A stretch of 64,000 nucleotides of DNA from Hemiscyllium ocellatum (Eukaryota), in the NCBI RefSeq assembly GCF_020745735.1, contig NC_083408.1:124001-188000 (forward strand). Direction: 5' to 3'. Within the stretch, counting starts at the first letter, position 1; every line of letters begins with the position of its first letter. The notes below the pieces were generated by a model that did no database searches, was not told the DNA's origin, and saw nothing but the letters and a program-made list of their open reading frames with translations. The translations under genes were made by a program, and so were the position numbers. Positions 52,326 to 62,411 of the stretch are shown here, in pieces.

Positions 52326-53753
52326 TAAATGATCGTCACACTTAACTAATATGAGCGGTTTAATCAGGGACATAACAATTAATTAACTCAAGTTACTTGT
52401 GAAACTGATCAAAGCAGTGAAACCGATCAGTTTAACGTCAATTTGAGCAGAATTTCCAAATGGTCTTTGCGAATGATCTTTTCCAGCCAGAAAAGTTGCA
52501 TGTAGTTACAGCGGAATTGAAAGGTGTTTTTTGATTAATTATAACACAATCACGGCATTTTTGCTCAAGGCAAGAACATTATACCTTTGAAATTCTATTT
52601 GTAGTTCTCTATGCTTGTAAACTGTTTAAAAACAGATCTTGTGATTGAACTAGATAGTTGAGTTCTGAATTTGGATCGTAAAGCTTGGATTAGATTAATC
52701 CTTAATTATTACTTCTAAGTAAAAATTGCGCCCTATGGTATCTGCTTTCCCTTCATTTCCAAACCTTTGGGACTTGCCTTTCACTTAATATTAGGCTTGA
52801 TGAAATTTCAACTCGCATGCTAATTGCATTGAATGAGGAAACTGGAGTGGTTCACTGCCACCAACCATGTTAACCGTGAAATAACAATGTAGAAACCAGA
52901 AACTGTTTCCCAAATATAACACATTTAACGTTACCCAAGCATCGTCCCTCCTCAACAGAGCAAAGATCACCAAATCACAGCATGATGTGTTTGCAGCATC
53001 ACTCGCTCTACAAACATTTTCAACAGAACGGGGGAACAAGATGTAACTTCACAAAAAAAACCCAAATTGTAGTCTAACAAAACTGCTTACAATCAAGCAA
53101 ACTAATGATTAAATTGAATAGAAATAACAAGTCATAACAGGAGCCTTGTTTGTGAGGGAACTTAACACTTAAAGCTGCAACATTTCCAGCAACAGATAAA
53201 TTTATTTCCAACCTACACATCCTTCTTCATCATGGCAATATTGCGCAGTGCACAGTAGAGCGGTTGTTGGCATATATTGATTAATCACTTCAAGGTCAAA
53301 ACAACATTTCTTGAATGGACAAATATTATCACATTATAATTTTAAGTTAATTTACGTTATGTAATCGGAACAATTCTGCAGTTTCAGGTTTTATTCCCAA
53401 ATTTTATTTTGAATGAGGCTTCTCACACAAAATTCAGTTTGGTTACAATTAGAACTGAATTTCTTTTTTAAAAAGTCAATGCATTAAAAACTCGGCTTTT
53501 TTTTCCATTTCTCACACTTCCGTGTTTCTGCCTTAAGTTGGTTTTCAGACCGTTATAAACGGATGTAATGTTTTCAATCAAGCAGAGAAAAACATGTCAT
53601 ATGAGTTTAAAAAATGCAGAAATGATTCATGAAAAACAAAGAACTTCATAAATATTGATAATGAAAAGGAATCCAGAGAGACAATCTCCACAGCAGATAG
53701 AAAACACCAATTAAAGAAAGCATGGAAACGAGATCAATTCCACAAACTGCATA

Positions 53754-54045
53754 AGAATCCAATCAACTCAATTCAGCAGAATCGAGGAAAATGAATTCAG
53801 AATCAAATCAACTCAAAACAACAGATTTAAATGAAACATAATCAGCATCCAACCAATTCAATTCAACAGAATCAAATAAAACATTTTCAAAAGCCAATTA
53901 ACGCAATTCAACAAAACCAAATAAAACGGAAGTCAGAATCCAATCAATTCAGTTCAACCGAATCAACTAAAACAAAGCGAAAATACAATCAACTCAATTC
54001 AACAGAGTCAAGTAAAACAAACTCAGAATCTAATCAACAGAATGA
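53754..54045. repeat. 45-bp AT-rich minisatellite, about 6.5 copies, in the J-C intron
   Basis: Unit starts at 53754, 53799, 53844, 53889, 53935, 53980 and 54025; approximate consensus AGAATCCAATCAACTCAATTCAACAGAATCAAATAAAACAAATTC. Confidence 0.85.
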
Positions 54046-54556
54046 ATTAAAGTACCGCAAGAATTTTTTAAGACAGTTTCTAACCTGCTTGTCATCAACA
54101 AAATTAACAAAATAAATGCGAATATATAATCATGGTAAGAACATATATTGAAGAACTGAATAATGATATTTTGGTATATTTTAATCATCTTTGGTGATAT
54201 TTCGAATATATTTAAATTCTTAGCGTTTGTTGTGGATAATAAAACTCACAGTCAGGGTGTCACTGACATGAAATATTATTTATACCTGACTGATTAAGAG
54301 ACATTAGGTTTTTCAAGTAACCCAGCCACACAGAATATCCATCTGATGAAAAAAAAGAGATACACTGAGCAACTGACTCCATCATTACCATTTTAACTAT
54401 TTGCTGAGCCTTAACTGAAGTCTGTCATCAGTCTGAACAAAAGTCAATCCGAACCATACCAAACTCAGCACAGAATCTGAGTTTCATCTAATTCAGAAAT
54501 TAGTCACATGAATAGAAAGTTTTTAAAAAGTCACTAGGAAAGTTCAAAGTTCTTAC

Positions 54557-54604
54557 CTGAAGTCACTGTCACCATGGTCCCATGGCCCCAGTAATCAAGA
54601 TAGT
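54557..54604 (-). other. IGHJ: JH segment (YLDYWGHGTMVTVTS), apparently intact
   Basis: WGxG motif followed by the splice donor cag|gtaag. Confidence 0.97.
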
Positions 54605-54643
54605 CACAGTGTTACATTCTCTAGACTGGGTCACACAATAACT
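54605..54643 (-). promoter_or_regulatory. JH 5' recombination signal (23-bp spacer)
   Basis: Plus strand: CACAGTG (54605-54611), 23 nt, ACAATAACT (54635-54643). Confidence 0.9.
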
Positions 54644-54969
54644 AGCTCTGCATAAAACAAATCAAAAACTTGACATTATTTTAAATTTTCAGAACCACTG
54701 GCAAAATAAAGTCACGATAAATCTTCATCACATAATTACGCTAGTGAATTCTGATCATTGTTGATAAAGTTTCATATTTTTTATACTTCACAGAGTAACA
54801 CATGAGCTGATTCTCAAAATCACCAACTGGTGCATCAATAATTGTACAGCACTTTTACAAATTTAACAGTGATGCCAGCATAAAACCCCACAGAACCAGT
54901 ACTGCAGTGCAAGTTAAGACGGGTTGTAGAATTATTCACTGCCTAGTTTTAAACAATCGTGGCTAAATA

Positions 54970-54997
54970 GGTTTTTGTATTGATCATAATTAAAGTG
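54970..54997 (-). promoter_or_regulatory. D 3' recombination signal (12-bp spacer)
   Basis: Minus strand: CACTTTA, attatgatcaat (12 nt), ACAAAAACC (perfect nonamer). Confidence 0.88.
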
Positions 54998-55021
54998 TCA
55001 CTCCAGCTATATAACTATAGT
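54998..55021 (-). other. DH-derived sequence fused to VH (probable D1 remnant plus D2)
   Basis: After YYC the sequence reads ACTATAGT-TATATAGCTGGAGTGA, with no V 3' RSS and no D 5' RSS. Confidence 0.75.
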
Positions 55022-55305
55022 ACAGTAATAGATGACGGTCTCTTCGATCTTCAGGTTGTTCATGTCCAATGCAAAAATGTTGTTTGAAGTGTCTTTGGAC
55101 GCAGTAAATCGACCCTTAATCGCTGGTGCATAGTTATTCTTGGATGAACTACAGCAGTACAGTAGCTACTCCAGGCCCTGTCCGGGAACCTGTCATACCT
55201 AGCTCACGTAGGTGCTGCCAAGATTGAACCCGCTTGTTTTACAGGTCAGTTTCAGGCGGCCAGTCTCTGCCTCTGGCTGAGTCAAAACAATCTCCAACTG
55301 GACAC
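55022..55305 (-). pseudogene. IGHV: Shark IgM-type VH exon, pseudogene
   Basis: [91 protein letters not shown]. Stops at 55199-55201, 55193-55195 and 55166-55168; ~4-codon FR1 deletion; acceptor reads tacaa|gt instead of tacag|gt. Confidence 0.96.
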
Positions 55306-55429
55306 TTGTAAAAGGAAAACAAATAAACCTTGAGCATTAATGATGACGAAATGATGGCTGTCTTTTACATTTCTAGGGTAGACTAACATTGAGATAGCAA
55401 CAAAGAGAAACTTGAACAAAATCACTCAC

Positions 55430-55478
55430 ATGATAAGCAAGTCCGTAACAAATTGAGACAAATTGTCGATACAATCAT
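55430..55478 (-). pseudogene. IGHV: VH leader exon
   Basis: ATG ATT GTA TCG... MIVSTICLNLLRTCLS, then the phase-1 donor T|GTGAGT; 124-nt intron to V. Confidence 0.9.
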
Positions 55479-55565
55479 TCTGATAACTTGTGGGAAACGG
55501 TTCTGTCAAGATCTTTCTAAACAAAGCCAATCCAGGAGCGTTGAATTACGGTCCAGTGCCCAGGA

Positions 55566-55571
55566 TTTATA
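55566..55571 (-). promoter_or_regulatory. Candidate VH TATA box
   Basis: TATAAA about 90 nt upstream of the leader ATG. Confidence 0.5.
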
Positions 55572-57021
55572 TGGCCATCGGAAGGGGCAGGCTTACAGCT
55601 TCTGCATGTTGGTTTCCTCCTGGAGGCTGAGGCCGATCCAAGCATCAGCTTGCACAGCCCGAACTCAAGGGCTCATGTATTTACATGAAGTTATTCTTTA
55701 ATATGGGTATTTGCACATCTTGGGATATTAGGTTTGCTGAATAGCTTCTTTGGAAGTGTTTGTTTTAATGGTGGAAGTAAATTTGAGTAGCTTCAGGTCT
55801 GTTTCAGATGATAGTTGCAAATATTTTGTTTGAAACCAAAAATAAAGTCAATTGGAAGTGAACTTCCTTTATTTCTACAATCATTCACAAGCAGATTAAA
55901 CTAAAATCAAAGTTCAAAGTTATTACTAGCTAATAAAACAATTGAGCTTTTCTTCCTGGACACTGCAAGTCTCTGTCACACTACAAATTTCGAAATTCAA
56001 TTTAGGCAACTGAATACAGAGCGTGGCCAAAGCGATCATATTTAGAAAATTCAATTAGAAGTCAACTCCCTTTAATCCTCCATTCAACCACAAGCAGGTA
56101 AAGCTAAAATGAACTTCAATAATATTATTGACAAACAAAATTAATAGCTTTATTTTTGCTGTCACTCAAAGTCTCTCTCACATTACAAAATAACTTATTA
56201 TTTCTAATCTGCGTTTCAAAATTCAGTTTAGGCAACTGAGTATGGAGCATGTCTAAAGTGATTATGTTCAGAATGTGAGTGTATGTCACAAAACAGTTTG
56301 AACCCGGAGATTAGAAGCACCTCCTTCCATTGTAGAATGTCTCTCCTTGCATTTTTTTTCAAATTGTTCTGATCCTAAAATGCATAGTAAAGGAAAGCTG
56401 TGTGCCTGAGAAACAAAAAGAGAGTTGGCAGTGATACATAACACCCAGGAAACGTTTTTAAAGAGCATCTAATAAACTCGACCAGGACAGTCCATAAACA
56501 ATGTTCTCAACATCTAAACCACTGCAGGTAACTGTTTGGGTACATCAGCAGTGTTTGCTTAAATTAGAGAGTATTACAATAATCATTACCACAAATGTCG
56601 GTCATAAACAGTACATTTCTCTGCTCACTGATAGCTCTGACAGGGGCAGTTAACTCGTAAAAATCAGAAAGAAGTCGCCATTGCACTACACCATATTAAC
56701 CATGTATAAAGGGCCCACCCAGTTTTCATGAGATTCGTGAATCAGAGAATGGTGCAACAAGTGACGTGTGCTTGAACCAATTCAAGTTTGTTAATTTACT
56801 TTGAGATGATAACAAATGTTACTGCAATATGGGATTTTGGATCCATTAACTTCATATTCAGGAGCTTTAAAGATACTCAATAAAATGGCTGAAGTATCCA
56901 GAACGTCATTGCATTCCTGTTTTCTGATAGTCATATAGCGCATGCTGTATTCAGTGACATTCCTTTTTAAAGAAGAAATGCCAAGTGAAATGTGTCCATT
57001 GTGAGTAAATGGGAAAATATA

Positions 57022-57243
57022 TGATTTGGAGATGCCGGTGTTGGACTGAGGTGTACAAAGTTAAAAAACATACAACACAGGTTATACAAATCATACAATA
57101 CAGGTTATAGTCCAATAGGTTTAATTGGAAGCACACTATCTTTCAGAGCGACTATCACCTGATGAAGGAGCGTTGCTCCGAAAGCTAGTGTACTTCCAAT
57201 TAAACCTTTTGGACTATAACCTGGTGTTGTGTGGTTTTTAAGT
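57022..57243. mobile_element. Hairpin of inverted family-2 Penelope termini with 12-bp TSD
   Basis: TSD tgggaaaatata at 57010-57021 and 57244-57255; inverted arms caggttatagtccaataggtttaattggaagcacact and agtgtacttccaattaaaccttttggactataacctg. Confidence 0.8.
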
Positions 57244-57439
57244 TGGGAAAATATAGTTTAATTGGTAGGATTTTATTTTAGTTGATTCATTTTACATTTA
57301 ATCTGCCAAATATAATATTTAGCAGCAATTAAGCAGACTGCAGAAAAGGTCCTTGAGTTTCCAGTTTCATTTTCTGGAAGCATCCACAGTTTCTGCAGTG
57401 GATCAAAGATATTTTGTCTCACTGTTGACCAGTTGGAGC

Positions 57440-59462
57440 CAAAATGTGGGTGCTGAAGGCCGTTATTCCGTTCTACCCTTGTGCACTGATCCCTCCGGTT
57501 CAATTACCCACAATGTGGGGTGTTGGAGGCCAGATTTTCAGTTTACCCTAATTCACTGATCACTGCCGATTAATCACGCTCAATGTGCAGTGTTGAATGC
57601 CGGTTTGCCTGTTTACGCTAATACACTGATCCCGCTGAATCATTTATCCACAATGTGGGGTTCTGAAGGTCGGTTTACCTGTTTACCTTGTTGCCCTAAT
57701 CACTCTGGATCAATCACCCACAAAGTGGGTGCTGAAGGCTGGTTTTCCTGTTTGTCCTGAAAAACTGACCATTCCAGATCAATCATCCACAATCAGGTGC
57801 TGAAATCCAGTTTTCCTGTTTAGCCTTCAACATTCCAGATCAACCATCAACAATGTAGGGTGCTGACTACACCACATTTCTTGTTTACACTGGGACACTG
57901 ATCTGCCTGGATCTGTCACCCACAATATGGGTGTTTGAAGACCTCGTTTCCTGTTCACAGAGTGACATCGATCATTCTAGATCAATCACCCACAATGCGG
58001 AGTGCTGAAGGTCTGTTTTCCTGTTTACCCGGGTACACTGATCACTCTGGATCATTCATCCACAGTATGACGTACTGAAGGCCGTTTTTCACCCTGATCA
58101 TTTCAGATCAATCAGCTACAATGTGGTTTCTGAAAGCCGGTTACCTCATTTGTCCTGTGACACCGATCGTGCCACATCAGTCACCCACAATATGGGGTGC
58201 GGAAGGCTGGTTTCCTGTGCAGCCTGGTACATAGATCATTCCGGATCAGTCACGTACAATGTTCGTGCTGAAGGTCGGTTAACTGGGTGTGGAAAACCAG
58301 TTTTCTTGTGTATCCTGATACACTGATCACTCCAAATCCATCAACCACAATGTGGGGCACAGGCCGGTTTTACTGTTTACACTGAAAAATTCATCGCTCC
58401 AGATCCAAAACCAGACTGTGGGGTGCTGCAGACCGGTTTTGCTGTTTACACTGAAACACTGATCACTCTGGATAAATCACAGACAGTGCAGGATGCCGAA
58501 CACTGGTTTTCCTGTTTCACCTGGGACACTGATCACTCCGGATCAATCACTCACCATGTGGGCTGCTGAACGCCACTTTTCCTGTATAGCACAGTACACT
58601 CCGTATCAAATACCCAAAATGCGGAGTGCTGAAGGCCATTTTCCCTTTTTACCCTGACAACTCATCACTCCGGATCTATCGCCCACAATTTGTTTGCTGA
58701 AGGCCGTTTTCCTATTTATACTGTGACACCGATAACTCCAGATCAATCCCCCAAAATATGCGTGCTGAAATCCGGTGTTCCCCTTTACCCTGGTACATGC
58801 AAATCTCTGGAACAATCACCCACAATGTGGGGGTGCTTAATGTCGAGTTTCCTGTTTACACCGGTACAGTGATCACTCCGGATCAATCATCCACAATGCA
58901 TGCTGCTAAACGCCGTTTTTCCTGTTTACCCTGGGACACTGATCACTCTGATTCAATCACCCACAATGTGGGATGCTAGTGGCGGGTTTTCCTCTTTACC
59001 ATAGTACTCAGATCACTGCGTATCAATCACGCTCAATGTGGGGTGCTGAATGTCGGTTTTCCTGTTAAATCTTTTACACTGATCACTCCGATTCAATCAC
59101 CTGCAATATGGGTGCTGCAGGCCTGTTTTCCAGTTTATCCAGCGACGAGGTTCACTGTAGATCAATAACCCAACAGTGCGGTGCTGTGTGTTGGTTTTCC
59201 TGCTGAATCTGATGCACTAATCCCTCCGGATCTATCATCCACAATGTGGAGTTCTGAAATAAAGTTTTACTGTTTACCCTGGTGCACTGAAAAAGGCCGA
59301 TTGTCCTGTTTACCCTGGGCACGGTTCACTCCACAGCAATCACCCACAATGTGGGGTGCTGATGGCCAGATATCCTGTTCACCCTGCAACACTGATTGCT
59401 ACCGATCAATCACCCATAATGTCTATGCTGAGGTCTGGTTTTCCTGTTTACCCTGGTACACT
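57440..59462. repeat. 70-bp tandem satellite, block 1 (about 29 units)
   Basis: Period 70 (anchors at 57452, 57522, 57592); approximate consensus GCTGAAGGCCGGTTTTCCTGTTTACCCTGGTACACTGATCACTCCGGATCAATCACCCACAATGTGGGGT. Confidence 0.95.
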
Positions 59463-59469
59463 AATAATT

Positions 59470-60934
59470 GTTTTATCCGAGGCTCCTCCAGGAAGCGAGA
59501 AAGATGATTGCTAGGCCACTGATGAGGATTGGACGGAGGTGAATGCTGTTTGTCTGTTCAAGAAGAACAATAGGGAAATCCCTGGCAATTACAATCCATT
59601 CAGTCTTACGTCTGTGGTCAGCAAACGTTTGAAAAGAATTCTGAGGGATAGGATTTATGACTATTTTGTAAAGCACAGTGTGATTAAAGACAGTCAGTAT
59701 GGCTTTGCGAGAGGCAAGTCACGCCTCACAAAGTTTATTGAGTTATTTGAGGAGGTGTCAAGACGAGTCGATGAAGGTCGAGCAGTGGATGTAGTGTATA
59801 TGGACTTCAGCAAGGCTTTTGATAAGATGCGCCATGGTAAGCTCATTCAGAACGTCAGAATTCATGGGAAACAGGGAGATTTGGCTATGTGGATTCACAA
59901 TTGGCTGGCTGATAGAAGGCAGAGAGTGGTTGTAGATGGAAAGTATTCTGCCTGGAGGTCAGTGTTGAGTGGCGTCTTGGATATCTGGCGTTTGTAGTTT
60001 TTATAAATGACTTGGATGTGGAGGTTGAGGGGTGGGTTAGGAAATTTGTGGATGTCCCAAAGGTTGGAGGTGTCATCAATAGTATGGATGGTGTCTGCAG
60101 GCTGCAGTGCGACACAGACAGAATGCAGATTTGGGCTGAGAATTGGCAGATGGAGAAATGTGCGAAATAATGCATTTAGGAATGCGGAACTCTAATATAG
60201 GATTAAAGGCATGATTAATGGCAGTGTGGATAAACAGACGGATCTGGGTGTCTAAGTATATAGGTCACTCAAAGTTGCCACACAAGTCTATAGTGTTGTA
60301 AAGTATCCATACGGTGTTTTGGCTTTCCTTTCCGGGGGATCGAGTTTAACAGACGTGAGGATGTTCTGCAGCTCTACAAGTCCCTGGTGCGATCACACGT
60401 GGAATACTGTGTCCAGTTCTGGTCGCCCTACTTTAGGAAAAATACAGAGGCTTTGAAGAGGGTGCAAAAAAGTTTTACCAGGATGCTTCCTGGATTGGAG
60501 GGTTTGCCTTATGAAGAAAGATTGAATAAGCACGGTCTTTTCTCTCTGGAGAGAAGGAGGAAGAGAGGAGAACTGATCGGTGTATACAAGAAAATGAGTG
60601 GAATATATAGAGTCCATAGCCAGAGACATTTCCCCAGGGCAGGATTGATTGGTACGAGCAGTCGTAGTGTGTCGATATTAGGAGGAAGTTATAAAGGAAA
60701 TAACAGAGGTAGGCTCTTTATGAAGAGAGCTATGAATGCATGAAATGCGTTGCCAATTGCGGTGGTGGAAGCAGAGTCATTGGGGACAGTTAAGCGATTG
60801 CTGGACATGCACATGAATAGCAGTGAGTTGAGAAGTGCGTAGGTTAAGTTGTTATATTTTACATTAGAATTAAAACTCTGCACAACATCGTGTGCCAAAG
60901 GGCCTGTTCTGTGCTGTACTTTTCTATGTTGTAT
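59470..60934 (+). mobile_element. 5'-truncated CR1 LINE inserted in the satellite
   Basis: ORFs 59539..59997 (NYNPFSLTS, VYMDFSKAFDK) and 60387..60743; the satellite resumes in register (…tacac | tgatcactc…). Confidence 0.92.
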
Positions 60935-61012
60935 GATCACTCTGGGTCAATCAACAAAAATTTGGATAATAAAGGCCAGTTTTCCTCTTTACCATGATAC
61001 ACCAATCATTCA
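60935..61012. repeat. 70-bp satellite, single unit between two insertions
   Basis: tgatcactctgggtcaatc...ggccagttttcctctttaccatgatacac matches the consensus. Confidence 0.8.
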
Positions 61013-61653
61013 AAGTCAAGGATAAAAATGACACAACAACAGGTTATATCCCAATAGGTTTAATTGGAAGCACAGCAGCTTTCAGAGGTAGTGGTGGGCT
61101 CAATCATAATACACAGAATTTATAGTATAATGTTACTGAATTTATACATTGAAAAATTGATTGTCTGTTAAGCCTTTCATTTGTTAGAATACAGTAATAG
61201 TTTCACTTCTTTCATGTGTAATTCACAAAGCCTTTTTTAAAAAAAGTTGCATTTCTCCGGTTAACTGTTAACAATGGTGATAACTAGATAAGATGATGAA
61301 GATGTTGGCCCTGTGTGTTCTCTGTCTATGCCATGATGTTTAGATTGATTCAAATCTTAAAAGTGAGATAATGGAATTCTACATGAATGCATGCAGTTTT
61401 TCAACAAAGCACAATGTAAGCCTGCAATTACAAATTCACCCCACAAAATATATATGTGCATGTGGGTCTTTGTCTTTCTTTGTGTGTGTGTCTGTCTGGT
61501 TTGGGAGTTGTGAGTGTGAGAAAGTGTATGTGGTTGTGTAATTAGTGCAGAGTGTCATAGGTCTGTGCAGGCGTGCATGTGCGAGTGTGGGAGTGTGGAT
61601 GTCTGTGTGCGTGTCTTTGTATATGCGTGTCTGTGTGTACAGGAGTGCCTGTA

Positions 61654-61655
<2 letters not shown>

Positions 61656-61689
<34 letters not shown>
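61656..61689. repeat. (TG)n microsatellite
   Basis: About 17 perfect TG units. Confidence 0.95.
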
Positions 61690-61690
<1 letters not shown>

Positions 61691-62091
61691 CTGTGTGTAG
61701 TGCAATGGTGGTCACCTGTAATGTAACATGAACCCAAGGTGCCAGTTGAGGCCCTCCATATGGGTCCCGAACTTAGCTACCACCCTCTGCTCAGTCGCTT
61801 TACTCTGCTGCCTGTCTCGAAGTCCACCTTGGAGGATAGTCACCCGAAGGTCCGAGGTCCACACACCCTGACAGACACATTCACACCCACACTCACACAT
61901 GCACGCCCTCACAGGCTTAAGACACTCTGCACTCACTGCACTCACACATACACTTTCTCACGCTCACAACCCACAAGCGAGACAGACAGACAGACAGACA
62001 CACACACACATACACACACAAATACAGACAAAGACCCACATGCACACATAACGCATATATTTGGTGGGGTGAATTTGTAATTGCAGTGTTT

Positions 62092-62411
62092 TAGATTAGA
62101 TTAGATTAGACTAGACTTACAGTGTGGAAACAGGCCCTTCGGCCCAACAAGTCCACACCGACCCGCCGAAGCGCAACCCACCCATACCCCTACATTTACC
62201 CCTTACCTAACACTACGGGCAATTTAGCTTGGCCAATTCACCTGACCCGCACATCTTTGTGACTGTGGGAGGAAACCGGAGCACCCGGAGGAAACCCACG
62301 CAGACACGGGGAGAACGTGCAAACTCCACACAGTCAGTCGCCTGAGTCGGGAATTGAACCCAGGGCTGACAGGCGCTGTGAGGCAGCAGTGCTAACCACT
62401 GTGCCACCGTG
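62092..62411 (-). mobile_element. HE1/V-SINE-like nested in the right arm of the fold-back element
   Basis: Complete core and (ttaga)n tail; gcagtgt duplicated on both sides. Confidence 0.92.

Noticed and set aside
53754-54045. Canonical class-switch region
   Set aside because: No G-rich or AGCT-rich repeats; kept only as an unexplained minisatellite.
54865-54887. Possible extra D/RSS between D2 and JH (AACAGTG...CATAAAACC)
   Set aside because: The spacer is only 7 nt, the heptamer lacks CAC, and there is no partner RSS.
55166-55201. AID/SHM signature in the V-region stop mutations
   Set aside because: The mutated G in both TGG-to-TAG changes is not in a GYW hotspot position, and CGA-to-TGA is ordinary CpG decay.
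31421-55478. Assignment as IgNAR, IgW or IgM1gj
   Set aside because: CH2, CH3, CH4, tailpiece and VH closely follow shark IgM. CH2 is present and J is unjoined, unlike IgM1gj.
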